Position numbers and translations under genes: made by a program. Below, piece after piece: positions 39,565 through 53,919 of a stretch of 64,000 nt of DNA (position 1 is the first letter of the stretch; each line of letters opens with the position of its first letter). The notes beneath the pieces were generated by a model, which worked only from the letters and a program-made list of their open reading frames with translations, was not told the DNA's origin and made no database searches. The stretch is from Octopus sinensis (taxonomy: Eukaryota), in NCBI RefSeq assembly GCF_006345805.1, contig NC_042997.1:97030001-97094000 (forward strand). Reading direction: 5' to 3'.

Positions 39565-39644
39565 AATTTATATTTATACTGTGAAATTGGATTTAATCCT
39601 AAATCTATTTTTCCCCTTTAAGTTTGGATTTACTCCTTATTATC

Positions 39645-39720
<76 letters not shown>

Positions 39721-40189
39721 GTTATATATGATATGTGTGTGTGAAAGAAAGAGGGAGAATGTGATAGTATGCCGACGTCAAGTGTTAGGTATATGTAATT
39801 TGATAGATAAATATGCGATATTGTGACTAAAATAGTATTGCTAAAAGTAACAACGATTTTTTATCTCTAGCACAAGGTTAGAAAACGTATTTTAAATATA
39901 TTCTGTTTAATTGACCTAAATATTTAGTGAATAAGGAAAGGCAAATTCAATTTCATCATGATGTAAACTGTGAACATAAAGGACGTAAAAATATACCACA
40001 AATCCGTATATTTTGAAATAGGTATATAAGTCAATTAAATTGATCATAATGATAGTTTGATACATTTTTATCAATAGCAGAAAGATGAAAGATAGATCTG
40101 ACACAGAAAGTAATTTAGCCTGGAACGTAAAAGGAACATATTTAAATATACCTATACATGTTGCAAAGTAATGTAAAATTGCGAAATTT

Positions 40190-41020
40190 TGCGGGGCTGC
40201 GGGGTAGTCGATTACATCGATCACAGAATAAGTAAAAACTTATTCCATCGACCCCGAAAGGATGAAAGGCGAAGTCGTCCCCGGCGGAATTTGAAATGAG
40301 AACGTAAAGAGACGAAAGTAAAGCCGCTAAATATTTTGTGGTACAGTTACGATTGTCAGTTCATCATCATTTTAAAAATGAATTCAGATTTTGGCACAAT
40401 GTCAGCAACTTTAAGGGAGAGAGTAAATCAATTACATCAACCCTAGTACTCAATTCGTATTTATTTTAACTGCCCCGAGATGGACGAAAGGCAAGACTGA
40501 AATAGGAGGAATTTGAACTCAGAACATGAAGAGCCAGAAGTGCTGCTAAGCATTTTGTCCAACGTGCTAACGATTCTGCGAAGCTCGCTGCCTTATCCAC
40601 ATATAATAATATATCTTTTTGCTATAGACAGAAGCCTAAAATTTTGTGGAAGCCAGTTAGTTGATTATATCTATTTCAGTGCTCAGCTGGTACTTATTTT
40701 ATCTATGCCGAAAAGACGAAAGGTAAAGCCGACCTCGGCCGAATTTGAATTCAGAACGAGAAGCCAGAAGAAATGCCGTTATGCCTTTAGACCGGCATTG
40801 TAACGATTCTGCAAGCTCGCCTATATAAAATAATCCTTTCTATAATAGGCACAAGGCCTGCAGTTCTGTGGGAGGGAGGTAGTCGATTACACCCACCGCA
40901 GTGCTTGACTAGTACTTTTTTCATCGAACTCGGCGGAATTTGAACTGAGAAGATAAAAACGGACGAAATGCTGCAAAGCACTTGCCCGGCGTGCTAACGA
41001 TTCAGCTAGTTCGTCGCTTT
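40190..41020 (-). mobile_element. Four same-orientation diverged family A SINEs
   Basis: Repeated CGACCCCGAAAGGATGAAAGGC...GGCGGAATTTGAA...CGTGCTAACGATTCTGC units. Confidence 0.85.
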
Positions 41021-41776
41021 TGTCTATATGAAATAATGGAATGTATTATGAAGCAGACTATACATAATTTCCTCAGATTTTACTGTTTAAGATAAGCATC
41101 CGAGGAAACTACTTAGACTCTGCGTTAGTATATGATAATCCATAAAGTTGAAACACTTAAATATATTTTATGCCCTGAAGAAGAAAAGTTTAACGTTTCG
41201 AACCTCCGTTAATGATTTTATATTTCCGTTGGTGAGTTTATACCTCCTTTGATGAGTAGAAGTGTTAATTTTTTCCTATAAATTTTTTCTTTTCTTTCAG
41301 GCAATACTATTTTTTTTGCTTTAAATATTCTTTACTTCGCTCAAAAGTCTAATGTATTACTAACAACTTTTCGGCGGATGGTGCAAGTTGCTCTATCGTT
41401 CTCTTATGCCAAACAGCTAAGTTGCAGGGACGTAAACAAACGAGCACTCGTTGCCAAGCGGTGGAGGGGACAAGCATAAAGATATACACGCACACATATC
41501 GTATATATGATTTTTCTCAATGCAAAAATATTTCTACTTGGGTATTTAACGCGAACTACATTGAATACGTAAGCACTAAATTATATATCATAATATTATT
41601 CTGCTTCTTTCTTATTGGTTTTTCCATGTATTACGCTTAAATCAACAAAGGAAATTATAAGTCGAACATAGAAATATACATAGAAAGAGTGGAAAAGGGG
41701 AGAAAAAGGAAACAAAGAGGAATAGTGGAATCAGTGAAAAAATAGAAAGGGAGAGAGAAAAAGAGAGAGTCTATAT

Positions 41777-41841
41777 TAGACAGACAGGCAGACAGACAGG
41801 CAGGCAGACAGGCAGACAGACAGACAGACAGATAGATAGAT

Positions 41842-41890
<49 letters not shown>
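41777..41890. repeat. (GACA)n-(GATA)n compound microsatellite
   Basis: Directly visible. Confidence 0.9.
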
Positions 41891-41891
<1 letters not shown>

Positions 41892-42344
41892 TTGCTGTGA
41901 CAATACAAGTTCAAACGTTCATCTTTGTCTTTTTAACACCATTCTATGTTATGTGTTAACGAAAACCGTCATTCATAGTATGTTTTAAAAACCGTTATTC
42001 ATAAGAGTCACATCAATTTTATTTTTTTTCAAATAATAATTATTTCTTTCGCTCCTACCAGTCTATGCATATCATATTTCTTATTCGTGTTATGTTGATT
42101 TCTAAGAGAAACTTGATATATATTCGTGGTGACACAATTTTTGAATTCCTAGTGTAATGTTCTGTTATTGACATATTTATAAAGAATTCAAAGTATAGCA
42201 TAAATGTAAATGTTGCCGGTTTTGTTTTGTTTTGTTTTGTTTTTTTTTTTTTGTTTGTTTGTTATTTTCAGTATAAATCGTTTTGTTTACGTTTTGAAAA
42301 TATGTCCTCTGGTACATTGGTTGGCATCCTTTCTGTCTCGGGAA

Positions 42345-43320
42345 ACAATGGAGTTGCGCATGAAGTAGTCTGGTACATTACTATGACAATAACGACCGAC
42401 ATGGGTGGTCACTTCGAATCCAGTCTTTCTGACCTACTTAACCCGCTACTTAACCACCTCATGCCTAACGGAATGATAGAAAATGTTCATCGACAACTTA
42501 AAGCGGATCTTTTCGGTTTGAACGGCAGTTTTTCTAGCGGCGTCATATGAAATTGTCACCCATAATTATGAGCCTAGTATCGATCTATTGCATTTCAATC
42601 TGTTTTAGGGTTAGGGTTAGTTAGGGTTAGGGGTGGAGGAAAAGGTATCTTTTTTTATTCACAAATGTAAATAAACCCAATCTGTTTCTTAAACGAGGGA
42701 CATATTCATACGGCACAGAATGTTTTTTACCTCAATAAACGTCAGTGATTGGTTGAAATTGCAGAAATTGAAGAAAAAAACAACAAATATCTTACAAACT
42801 ATAGAATTTTCTCAATAAAGCCAAGAGAAAAAGATGTTTTATAAACACATTCTAGCAGTATACGAAGTTTAAAATTTTTTAGTTACCTAGAAATTATGTT
42901 AAAAACTGCCGTTCAAACCGAAAAGATCCCTTAAAGCAGCACATTCCGATTCGGATAGATAGTTAGAAGCCCAGACGAGTGTGTTACTAGATTTACGTGC
43001 TGTTGTGAAGGAAGACTTATGTTATTCCCCGGCAGAATTACTGTATGGTCCAGCACTTAAACTGTCTGATCAAATATTGGCTGCAGTTACTCAGCAATAT
43101 GATCCTACCAACTATATTCATCAGTTCCGAAATTACAAGGCAGAATTACCTGCGTTAATAACGAGACCGCAGTCGTTTAACTCACGTATTTGGACTTACG
43201 TATTTTTACGTAACGATGCAGGTAAGCATCTTTGCAGGCAGTTTATTCCGGCCCATACCGTGAGTTAAAGGCTAAACCAAAGTATATGGCGTTGAACATT
43301 CAAGGGAGGCAGGAAACTCA
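42345..43320 (+). pseudogene. Gypsy/Ty3 integrase remnant interrupted by a MITE
   Basis: TITTDMGGHFESSL...PNGMIENVHRQLKA | AH...VLLDLRAVVKEDLCYSPAELLYGPALKL; joins across the MITE after the TSD is removed. Confidence 0.85.
42505..42929. mobile_element. MITE with 29-bp TIRs and 8-bp TSD (Merlin-like by GG termini and 8-bp TSD)
   Basis: GGATCTTTTCGGTTTGAACGGCAGTTTTT (42505-42533) / AAAAACTGCCGTTCAAACCGAAAAGATCC (42901-42929); TSD CTTAAAGC at 42497-42504 and 42930-42937; internal TTAGGG-like tract. The superfamily is inferred. Confidence 0.9.
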
Positions 43321-43339
43321 GTGTTGATCGACTTTTCGG

Positions 43340-43494
43340 GTAGACAGATAGACAGGCAGACAGATTGATTGATTGTCCCTTGGATTGCCTATGTAGATTT
43401 TCACATCCCCTCAAGAATCAAATGTTTCAGAATGATATACATTTTCATCATATAATTTTCAAAACAACCGTGGATTTTCCACGGATACTGCTAG
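43340..43494 (+). mobile_element. Helitron 3' end
   Basis: Hairpin CCGTGGA-TTT-TCCACGG (43468-43484) followed by ATACTG-CTAG|T (43491-43495). Confidence 0.65.
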
Positions 43495-43566
43495 TTGTTA
43501 ACTATTGTTCTTGGAAACGACTTCGAACCAGCAGCAACTTGTGAGAATTTGGAGGGAAAAACTGCA

Positions 43567-43615
<49 letters not shown>

Positions 43616-44825
43616 GTACATCAATTTAGGTTAATCGAAACCGTTTTATATGCTTAAACTTCAAAACACTGTCAGCTTTGACCTCATATTCTAAAGTCGG
43701 ATCACTTCATTATACAGCAGCATATTTTCGGTGTTAATATTAAATTGCCTCCTATCGGAATTTATTTGACACGATACGACCAGTTTAAATAAGAAGGTGG
43801 CCATTTTCCTCGTTTAAATAGTTTTGCTTTCTCGCCTTTACTACAATGGCTGGCTGTTCTTAGGGATATCTCACTTCTGCTGAGTCATTATTCACTCGAA
43901 GTACGCAATGAAACAAGATACGTTGGGAACTAATGCGGTCCACAGCGAAGTGGGAAAATACAAAGCAGGAACATGATTCAACTAGACAAGCAAGTTGTTG
44001 GTCTTATAACTCGCCACGAAGACAACCAACTCCATACTAGCCAAAGTTTTGTCTTTAGACCAAGCTTCGGTTAATCTCTTTGCGAATCGGTTCACTCCGG
44101 AACCCTGACTGGATATTATATGGGACAGAATGACAACCAAGGCTAAAGGTACTCTGGCAGTGATGAATGTTTATATCGGAAAGAAAAGTAAAACACATAG
44201 AATCAATACTCTTAGTTATGTTCTAACTTCGAAGCCTATAGGATTGACTTTATTTTCAGCTTTCTGGGGTAGATAACATATGTAGTAATAATATGATGAT
44301 GCAATTTCCATCAATGAACTTTATCCCCACACATGTATAATTCAAGAAATATTTATGAGGGTTGTAAATTAAATAGACATTAAAATGGAAAATAATCTAA
44401 AACTCTTTAAAACGAATTTTATCGAAGCTCTTTTTTACATCAAATAACAGGAAAAAAATATATTTCTAAATGATTCAGATGGCTTTATTGTGTCCACAGG
44501 TAAAATATTCTTCTCTTTAGAGATTTTCTATAAGCACTTTGTATGAATAAATTTTTACTCAGACATCACACAGCGATAAAGATTTTGCCAAATAGTCAAT
44601 TTATTCATATAGTTGATGGCGCCAAGTATCTTGTGAGCTGTCCAGTATCTACTATATATATTTTTATATATATATATATATTTTTTAAACTTCTGTTGTG
44701 AGCATTTCATTGAACAGAGTTCAATCTATAGAATTAATTCAGAAATTTTTCTTCTTTATTTTTCTATTTCTCTCTCTTTGTCATCTCTTTCTCCTTTAGT
44801 CACACTGTTTACATACGTGTGTGTG

Positions 44826-44879
<54 letters not shown>

Positions 44880-45185
44880 TCAACTTTCCCAGCTCTCAAC
44901 AATTGTAATGAGCAGCAAAAGTAACAAGTACATGAAATGGCGTTAATTGATTATAAAAGACATAAAATATTACGATTCGTCCAACTCTTTCTTCCGAAAT
45001 TTATTTTTTTTTAATATTTCTCATTAACTAACTACTCAAAGAAAAGGAAAACAATTTAAAGAGCAAAGCGAGATGACATGTTTTGCTCATGAACACAACG
45101 CACGGGCAGATCTAGGAACTGAAATCACGATCTTACGATCGTGAGCGCAACGCCAGGCATCCTCAGACACACACACACAAATATA

Positions 45186-46030
45186 CAGGGTGCCATTTCA
45201 TAGTCTAAATTTCGCGTATGCGCATTGTTGGTCTTTGATTTTGTCGACTACATAGTATAGTAGGGTCAGTTTGGCACCTTCTGTGAGAAAGACAGCACAA
45301 TGACGCAATTCACTCTGCCAAAAATTTGGAAACAACATGCTGTACTACTTGGCATTCATGCCGGAAGCTCCAATACGAATATTTCAGTGTTGGGTGTTAA
45401 TCTGAGTCCTCAAAACATGTATCGATGTGATAAAAACAAACATCCAGTCAACATCATGGTGTTTGGAGTGATCACTAGTGATGGCGACTTTATGCCGCCA
45501 ATCATCTTCTTACACGTCCTCAGACTCAATACTGAGGCTTACAGCAAGTGCCTGGAAGTGGTAGTGCTGCCCTAGGTCAAGGGAGTGGCTGCTGAAATAT
45601 CTTATATCTGGCAACAGGACTCTGCACAAACAGGAGAAGCCAGTCATGGCGGTCAGACAATTTCTGCGACCACATCACCCCTAACATCTGGCCGCCTGAC
45701 TCCCCAGACTACAATTCCCTTGATTATTGTGTGTGGGGCGCAGTTGAGCGAGAGACCAACAAAACTCCTTGTAACACCAAAGATGAACTGATGGCAAAGA
45801 TTATGGCAGCATTCACCAACTTAAACAAGAATACCGTCCAGAAGAGTCACAGGAGATTCCGATGTCTTCTGGAGGTCGTGGTTGAAGTCAATGGCGATTT
45901 TATTGAATAAATTTACTATTTAGTATTACAAGAAATTTCTATGTAATTTTGGTAAATACGTGTGTTAGACTGAGTTGTTAATGCTATTTTCATTTTTGAG
46001 TAATTTAGACAATTCATTCAGCGCAACCTG
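45186..46030 (+). mobile_element. Internally deleted Tc1/mariner-superfamily transposon (maT-like)
   Basis: TA|CAGGGTG...GTCTAAATT and AATTTAGAC...CAACCTG|TA degenerate TIRs. Remnants MVFGVITSDG, WQQDSA, WPPDSPDYNSLDYCVWGAVE. Confidence 0.85.
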
Positions 46031-46115
46031 TATATGTGTATGCATGTATGTATGAGGGATATGTGCGATTTACATTTACAATCGCACAAATGACTGAAAC
46101 AAGTAAAAGAGTAAA

Positions 46116-46151
<36 letters not shown>

Positions 46152-47467
46152 GTGTGTATGTATGTATATATGCACCGTTTTTCTTGGATAAGACACTTCA
46201 AGTTATAAATCCAGACAACAATTAGCGCAGTATATTCTAAAGAAACAAAATAAATTATTTATTCTGAAAACCGAGTAAAATGTAAGTGCCTGTGCTTTAA
46301 CAAAATTTGGTGTACCTCTACCGGATATACCCAATATGAATTGTCTGCTGACTTTGTTTACATTCCAACAATGGAACTGTTTGTGTGTGGGGGGGCGTGT
46401 GTGTGTGTGTGTGTGTGTTTACGTGCAGGGTGGTGGGGACGTGTATACTTGTACCAGCTAGTTAAGTGCTAGGACACAACTTATAATTAGTATGACACAT
46501 TTGTAATAAAAGTTTTATTTATATTCATGAACCCTTTTATCAAAGACTTATTGTATGAAAATATTTTTTTTTATTTAAAACATAATAGTGGTTCAGTGAC
46601 AAAATTTAATACTACGCTGCCTGATATAAGCTCGCTACTAACTTTACATTCCTACGTTTCAGAATAATTGACAATTTTTCACTACTTATGCGGCTTTTGG
46701 TCACCACTGTGGAAATTAGCGGTGCAACTATGACCCTCTTATATTCAAAAGTAGAGTGCTTGAGTAAGAAAGGGAGTGTTCCCTTATTTCTTTACTTTTA
46801 AACTAATGTTTAATGTGAAAATGTTTGTTGACAGTGTCACACATACCTGAATTTACGCATCATTTTATTTACTGTTTATTACAAGCATAAGCAAGGTTTT
46901 TTGAGAAACGGGATGCATGAGACTTGTTAAGTGTTCCACTCAGAAAGTCTTTCGGGCTACAGTTTGCCCATGACAGGTTTAATTGTATATATTTTAATTG
47001 TTTGTTTATTCATACGTTTCGTCTCATTCGATACCCTGGCCCCAATGTTTGTTTTGTCAGTTCACGTATCGTCCCCTCTTTTTCTCAACCTCATGGTTAA
47101 TAAAGAAATTGACTGGTTTATTACACACTTGTTAACATATTGATTCCTATTGTTACCTATAGCAGTGATTCCCAACCTGAGGCCGTGGCAACGTGTAATG
47201 GAGCCACGGCAAAGTTTAGGAAATGGGAGGGATTCAATGACTGGCATGACACAACTGCCATTCTGCTTCTTCCTAATATTTTTTTTTCTGTAACTCTTTA
47301 AAATTTACACTCAAAAGAATACAGACACACAATGCATTTTCTTCATCATAAGATCCATCATGACAGAAAAACAAAGGATTTATTTGAGAATTGAATGATA
47401 ACACTGTGTAACACAATTTTGTCCTTGGGTAGCAACTGTTATTTCCTATTTGCTTATCCTGAGAGAG

Positions 47468-47524
<57 letters not shown>

Positions 47525-47630
47525 GTGTGTGTGTGTAAGTGTGTGTGTGCGAGTGTGTGTATGTGTGTGTGTATGTGTGTGTGTATGTGTACAAATGTAT
47601 ACTCTCTTTACTCTCTTTTACTTGTTTCAG

Positions 47631-47676
<46 letters not shown>

Positions 47677-47690
47677 CGTTATTGTTACGA

Positions 47691-47905
47691 AGACGGCGAG
47701 CTGGCAGAATCGTTAGCACATCGGGCGAAATGCTTAGCGGTGTTTCGTTTGTCCTCACGCTCTGAGTTCAAACTTCACCGAGGCCGACTTTGCCTTTCAT
47801 CGTTTTCAGGTCGATAAATTAAGTACCAGTTGCGTACTGAGGTCGATCTAATCAGCTAGTCCATACCCAACAAATCTGAGGCTTTGTGCCTCCAATAGAA
47901 AGGAT
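47691..47905 (+). mobile_element. Family A SINE
   Basis: GACGGCGAGCTGGCAGAATCGTTAGCAC head plus core, after (TAT)n. Confidence 0.85.
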
Positions 47906-48724
47906 TATTATTATTGTTGCTGTTGTTGTTGTTGCTGACATAGCTGTAGGAGTATTTTTGGAGCGCTGTAAGTTTATGACTAATTCAATTGTCTTAAAAG
48001 ATTCTATACTGTATTTTGTTGGAAAAATGGCTAATATTTCCTTCAAACTTTGCTTTTGTTACTTTTATTCAAACAGCAAAGAATTCCTCTCAACACATGG
48101 CTATGATGCTCCCTGCTCAGGCTTAGAGATGCACATAATTATCAGCCACTGAGAGACATGCTCAAGTGGTTAAGGTCAAGCGACTAACAAGCAAGTTTGT
48201 GGTATTGAGCAGAATATTTGCTATAATGATATTTCTGCTTCAGCACCTCAGCGCTGAATCTATCTGAAATGTAATGGAAAATAGGTCAGTTTCAAAACAT
48301 TGATATCCAGATCGCAAAAACAAAGTTTGAAAGGAATAGTAGTCATTTCCTTTGATTTCTAGACAGAAGCAAATAGGAAATACCATTTATTGACCAAAGA
48401 CAAAAAACAAATTTGTTTCAGTGTAATTTATCACTAAGTTTAATTATTAAGTGAGCAATGGAAAGTCTTATATGAATCAAATATTATATTACTTCTTTCA
48501 CAGTTTATACATTCGGTGACAATTTCTTGCACTTATCTCGGTAAGTCAAGTTTTAAAGTATCTTTCTTATTATCAAAAGCTCACAACTGCTTAGAAATAG
48601 TATGTAGAAGTCGTCGTTTGCCTCTGATAACCATTGACCCTGATACTGAAAAACTTGCAAAACTGCATCAACCGCAAAAGTCGCACCGAATAAATTCAGT
48701 AAAATGGTAATATGATACGTATGT

Positions 48725-48774
<50 letters not shown>

Positions 48775-49259
48775 TGTGTATGTCTATGTTTGAGTGTGTG
48801 TGAGAGTGTGTGTGAGAGTGTGTATGTGTACACATGTATATACTTGCTAAAGGATTATAATTTTACGCTCTAAATTAATCATCTTTTTAGAAGTTATTAA
48901 TTTTCAGGAGGTCAAAAGAAGCAGTTATGCATTTCATATCAGAAAAATAATGTATGATTATAAACGATTGTTTTATTGAACCACTAGAATGTTGTTTTGT
49001 TTTTGTGAAATAGAATAAATAACAGCGAATAAATGTGCAAAAGTCACTGACATTTCTATGAAGTTTGTTATGTTTATGGTAGAAAACCGGATACATTTGG
49101 AAAATATTTTTTTTAAATGTCTATGTATTATAATAAATGTTTGTTCCAAAATTGTTTTCCTAACAAATATTTAGTTTCTAATTAAACATTTATCAGAAAA
49201 TTAGTTTCCAATTAAACATTTATCAGAAAATTAAAATATTTTTTCACTAATGTTGGTGT

Positions 49260-49720
49260 TTGATAGTAGGTTGTGAGCCACTCATCGACACCACTCTCCT
49301 TGCTGAGGACGGTTTCCGGGTCATCGCTACCATCGTAAAGAAAATTATCTTCAGTCCTATCGATCGCTTCAATTCAATCCGCTGTCTGACTTACTGTTTA
49401 CCCTTTTTACAGTCACACATGAAGATTTTACCCATCGACATACGTGTGCAACTGTACTCCAATCATTCTGTTTAGATAATAATTTTCCACGTGAAATCCA
49501 CTAGTTGTGCTCTTTTGATATAAAATATTTTTAGACGAGCAAGCCGAAATCTCGAAGTCACTGCTGACTTTTTCCTTATCAAAGAAAAATTCTAATGCCA
49601 AATATGCCGAAAAAAAGACAAAATTGTCAATAACCATTATAATTTATGCGTCTCGAAACAAACCGATAGAAATTTCTAAAAAATCCGTTATTACCGCATT
49701 GGTCCCAATTTCGGGGTTAA
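49260..49720 (-). mobile_element. Possible piggyBac-like left-end remnant
   Basis: Minus strand TTAA|CCCCGAAATTGGGACC at 49720-49701 and an acidic EDNFLYDGSDDPETV remnant. Other end not found. Confidence 0.35.
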
Positions 49721-49924
49721 TTCATAAGAATTTTCCCCTCTTCAGCGATAAATACGTGAGATATAAATGAAATCCTTACTCATACTCATGGAAAAAGTAA
49801 GCACTAAGTCCTGAGCTGCCCTTATTTTGTAAATTATTTATAAATTTAACCTTTAAAGGTATTTTTTTATATGCTGGCCATTGATAAAAAATTTTTCTGG
49901 AAAAACAATTTTATCCTACATTAG

Positions 49925-49989
<65 letters not shown>

Positions 49990-50944
49990 CTTATATATCA
50001 ATTGATAAATGCCAAGAGAACAGGAGTTTCATTAGCTTACAGCCGTTTCTGCTATAAGATGTCGTATGTGCATTTACTTCTGAGAACACACTTTACTTAT
50101 AACAGAAATGTCAGTAAGCTCACTCTGTACTGACCTGGTTGTTAGCTGTAGCGCATAAGTATATTGAGTTCTAACAACTGGTTATTGCTATCAATATATC
50201 TAAGTGGAATCATAATATGTATGTCTGTATGTATATGTCTGTATTTGTGTATGTAAGTATGAACATGTTATATTAGATCTCTCTTGAGTGACACTGTTAA
50301 TATGTAAACCAGTACAACCTGTTATATGGTCGAGTTGTCGACCACTAAACCGACACTCCATAGGTTAGCCTAAACATGTGTAATGCTAGAGACCCAGTAA
50401 TACAAAACAAAATCCTCTCTAAAATCAGATGAAGCCAATGTTGGGTAAATAGTTATCTAACATTAGTGTGCAAGGATATAAAAATGTTGGAAGTCTCTGA
50501 AAAGAAAAAAGCAAAGTTGATTTGAATTCCGAATGCAAAAAGCCAGAAGAAATACTGCATGGTATTTTAACCGACTCTAACACTTCTGCTCAGTCACCGA
50601 TCTGATAAATTGAAAGCATATATTTTGGTGTCGCCTTATACGAGATTCGCATCGCCTCCTATGACTAGAAATGATAGACGAGTTCGTTTTTGTTCACTAA
50701 ATGAAGAACAGACCTAAGCTCTTTAGGCATTGTGAAGGAATTTGGTGAAAATATCGCTTTAATATATAACTGTTGCTATATAAATGGTTGGTTTTCAGAA
50801 ATGTCTGTAGTCCATAACCAGCACTGCAAGCGTTCTATTCGATTGCTAAATTTGCGAAAACACGGAGCAAAGGAATACTACAAATGGTGTAGCACCGAAT
50901 AAAATAATTTACAGAATTTATTTTCGATCCCTTTTTATATTCGG

Positions 50945-51205
50945 CAGTACGGACATGTAATATGAATGTTGCAGGAAAGAATTGCAAAGCGAATTCTTCA
51001 AGGCAACCCAACCGGTAGGAGAATTTGGGGGAGACTAAGGAAAATATGCTTGGATGATATTTGTAGACTCAGTCACATTTGGGAATCCAGCCGGAAAGTG
51101 TAATAATTGTTACATCAGATAGAACCTACGGAATAGATGCCTGAAGACTCTACCCATTACTCTCCCGAGAATAGTTGGAGGAAAAGATGGATGGATGGAT
51201 GGATA
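50945..51205 (+). mobile_element. Decayed RTE-clade LINE 3' end with (GATG)n tail
   Basis: QYGHV...QERIAKRILQGNPTGRR..GRLR..CLDDI...LGIQPE remnant. Confidence 0.65.
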
Positions 51206-51791
51206 TTTTCGATCTTCTGTGTTCTGTACTCAAATCTTGACAGGATCTTTCTCGAATCGCTATCGTTTATGGGAATTATATAACAGTTATTTCAATTAAA
51301 TCGACTAAACAACATCCTTAGTAATTCACTAGCTTTGTGCCAATAAAGCAAAATTGATAATAGAATCACTTAAATCCATATTCTAAAACAACATTAAGAC
51401 AAGGCAATATCTCATAAGTTTCAAGAGAAATCGATAGAAATCGACAAAGGAAACAGAATAAATCAATATCTTAATGCTAAGAGATTTCAATATTTATCTA
51501 CGTATGCGTTTCTGTAAAATGTTTTTGAATAAATTCATGAACAACAACACGGACAAGGGGGATTTGTAGCTGATTTTCATAAAACCAATGTTTTTCTAGA
51601 ATAGTACAACGACTATATATTACTCGGAAAATTGTTTACCCATTTCAAACAGCTCACTTGCAGTATCTCCGACATAATCGTGCGGAAAATACAATGTGTT
51701 TTCCGGCACATTGTTGAAGTGGGGATAAAAGAAATCGGAATCGGAATTAAAATATATTGTTGTTAATGTAGCCTAAGTGAATCTAAAAATC

Positions 51792-51853
<62 letters not shown>

Positions 51854-51867
51854 TGATGATGATGATT

Positions 51868-52430
51868 TCAAATTTTGACACAAGGCCAGCAATTTCGGGA
51901 ATGGGGACAAGTCAATTACATCGACGCCAGTCCTCAATTGCTACTTGTTTTATCGATCCCGAAATGATGAAGGGCAGGATTTGAACTCAGAACGTAACTA
52001 CGGACGAAATGCCGCTAAGTATTATGTCCAGCGTTCTAATGATTTTTCTAGCTCGCCACTTAAACAATAGTTGTTTTGTACTATAAGCACAAGGCCTTAA
52101 ATTTTGCGAGTAGCTAGTTCATTACATCGACTCTCGAGCTCAACTGGGTATTCATTTCATCGACCCCGAAAGAAAGAAAAAACCAAGTCGACCCCGGCGG
52201 AATTTGAACTTAGAATGTACATACGAAATACTGCTAAGCATTGTGTTCTGCGTGCAAAAGATTTGGCCAGCCCGTCTCCTTATTAATAATAATAATAGTT
52301 CTTTCTACTAAAGGGACCAGACCTGAAATTTTGGGTGGGGGCTAGTCGATTATATCGACCCCAGTATGTAACTGGTGGTTATTGTATCGACCTCGAAAGA
52401 ATGAAGACCATGATCAACCTCGGCAGGATA
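51868..52430 (-). mobile_element. Three diverged family A SINEs
   Basis: Reverse-complement core and head motifs, separated by (AAT)n. Confidence 0.8.
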
Positions 52431-52495
52431 TGAATCTTTGTAAAGATAATAATCGAATAACCGCAGAATATGCAGTAGTGTATTTATACAGTAAA

Positions 52496-52884
52496 TCTAT
52501 ATATATAAGGCTGAAGTTGTCTGTGTATGGCAGGTTTGGTAGCCTTCAACTAACACTATCTCCTCCGAGACCTTGCGGCGCAAGTTGACCAAAATTGAGA
52601 GTATGATGGAAGAAGGCTCGCTCTTCATTCCATAGCAGATAAAACTCAAATCGGACCATGTTAACACCAAAAATTATTTACATAAAAAACGTGCTTTTTT
52701 CTATGAAAATTCCTATTTTTTACGATTTTTTGACTGGCGTGTCGCCATTTTTCGGTGTATTTCAACCAGGAAAATGTTCACTTAAAGAGAATAACAAATT
52801 GCATAATGCAAAAGTTTTACTTTTCAAAAATTCCAATTCTAAAGGGTCGATACAAACCCGAGCAACGCCGGGCGATGCTGCTAG
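52496..52884 (+). mobile_element. Complete non-autonomous Helitron
   Basis: A|TCTATATATATAAGG...CCCGAGCAACGCCGGG hairpin (52857-52872)...GCTAG|T; inserted between A and T, no TSD. Confidence 0.85.
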
Positions 52885-53706
52885 TATGATATAAATTCAT
52901 ATAAATTTGGAACTGTATTCAGATGATAATTATCAATCTATCATGAAAATATTGTAGCTATTGTTGTCTGAAGTGATTGGGAGATTGTGTAATTCCAAAT
53001 TGGATACATGGAATGAACCGAATAAGTTCATCAATTCTTTAAGCATTTGAATACTGGAGAAAGTTGCTAGCTTTAGCCTCCATCCCGTTTTCTTTCCCAG
53101 AAAGCCTAGGAATGGCTATGCCCAATACGGATCTAGAAATTCAAAGTTGAAAGAATGAAATCCAAAATTTTGGGTGGGAGTTTATTCTAGATACTTTCTG
53201 TTCATGAAGAATTCAGTGAGCCTTTTTAAGTGAGAGCCAGAGTGAGGTCGTCGGAAGGTGAGTTAGACTTGTCAAAATCAGATTGATGGTTATGACAGAG
53301 CTTGCGACTCTGATGGAGGAAGGGAGGAGATCTCTTGTCGACTGATGCTGCATGGGAAATAAGAAGAGTTAAGACTGAGACTGTTGAGATTACACCTTGA
53401 AACCAACATAAACAGTTAAACAAGCAATAAACGAACTCCAAAGTAATTAACAGCAGCCTTAACAACAATGGACACGCTACACTTAATGTCATAATAGTAA
53501 ATCTAAGAAGAAGCCAACGAAGGAGCCTCTAAGCGGTGACTCAACCTACTAGAAATATAAACCAAGCTCCTTCAAATCGCTACCTACCATCGTAAAATGA
53601 AAGGACATTTGGTTCAATAATAGAACTATGCCTGAAAACAAGATGGAATAGGCATCTCTGGACTGTTGTTGACCATAGTTTGCCTCAGTCAGAACTAATA
53701 TGGGGA

Positions 53707-53864
53707 TACATTATTTACATTATTTACATTCGACGGATATTTGGCCTCATCTTGTTTGTTGTTAACCACTACGCCATATGCCCTTGTGCATATGGCGTAG
53801 TGGTTAAGAGCGGGGGCTACTAACCCCAAGATTCCGAGTTCTATTGCAAGCAATGACCTGAACA

Positions 53865-53919
<55 letters not shown>

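Noticed and set aside
42604-42632. TTAGGG repeats as a telomere or fusion scar
   Set aside because: A short imperfect tract inside a TIR- and TSD-bounded MITE.
49428-49470. Minus-strand ...GTC GAT GG|GTAAAA as the missing upstream DPEP exon (..DG)
   Set aside because: The translation (RMIGVQLHTYVDG) does not resemble the expected ..PLIDG helix, and it lies in a probable transposon remnant.
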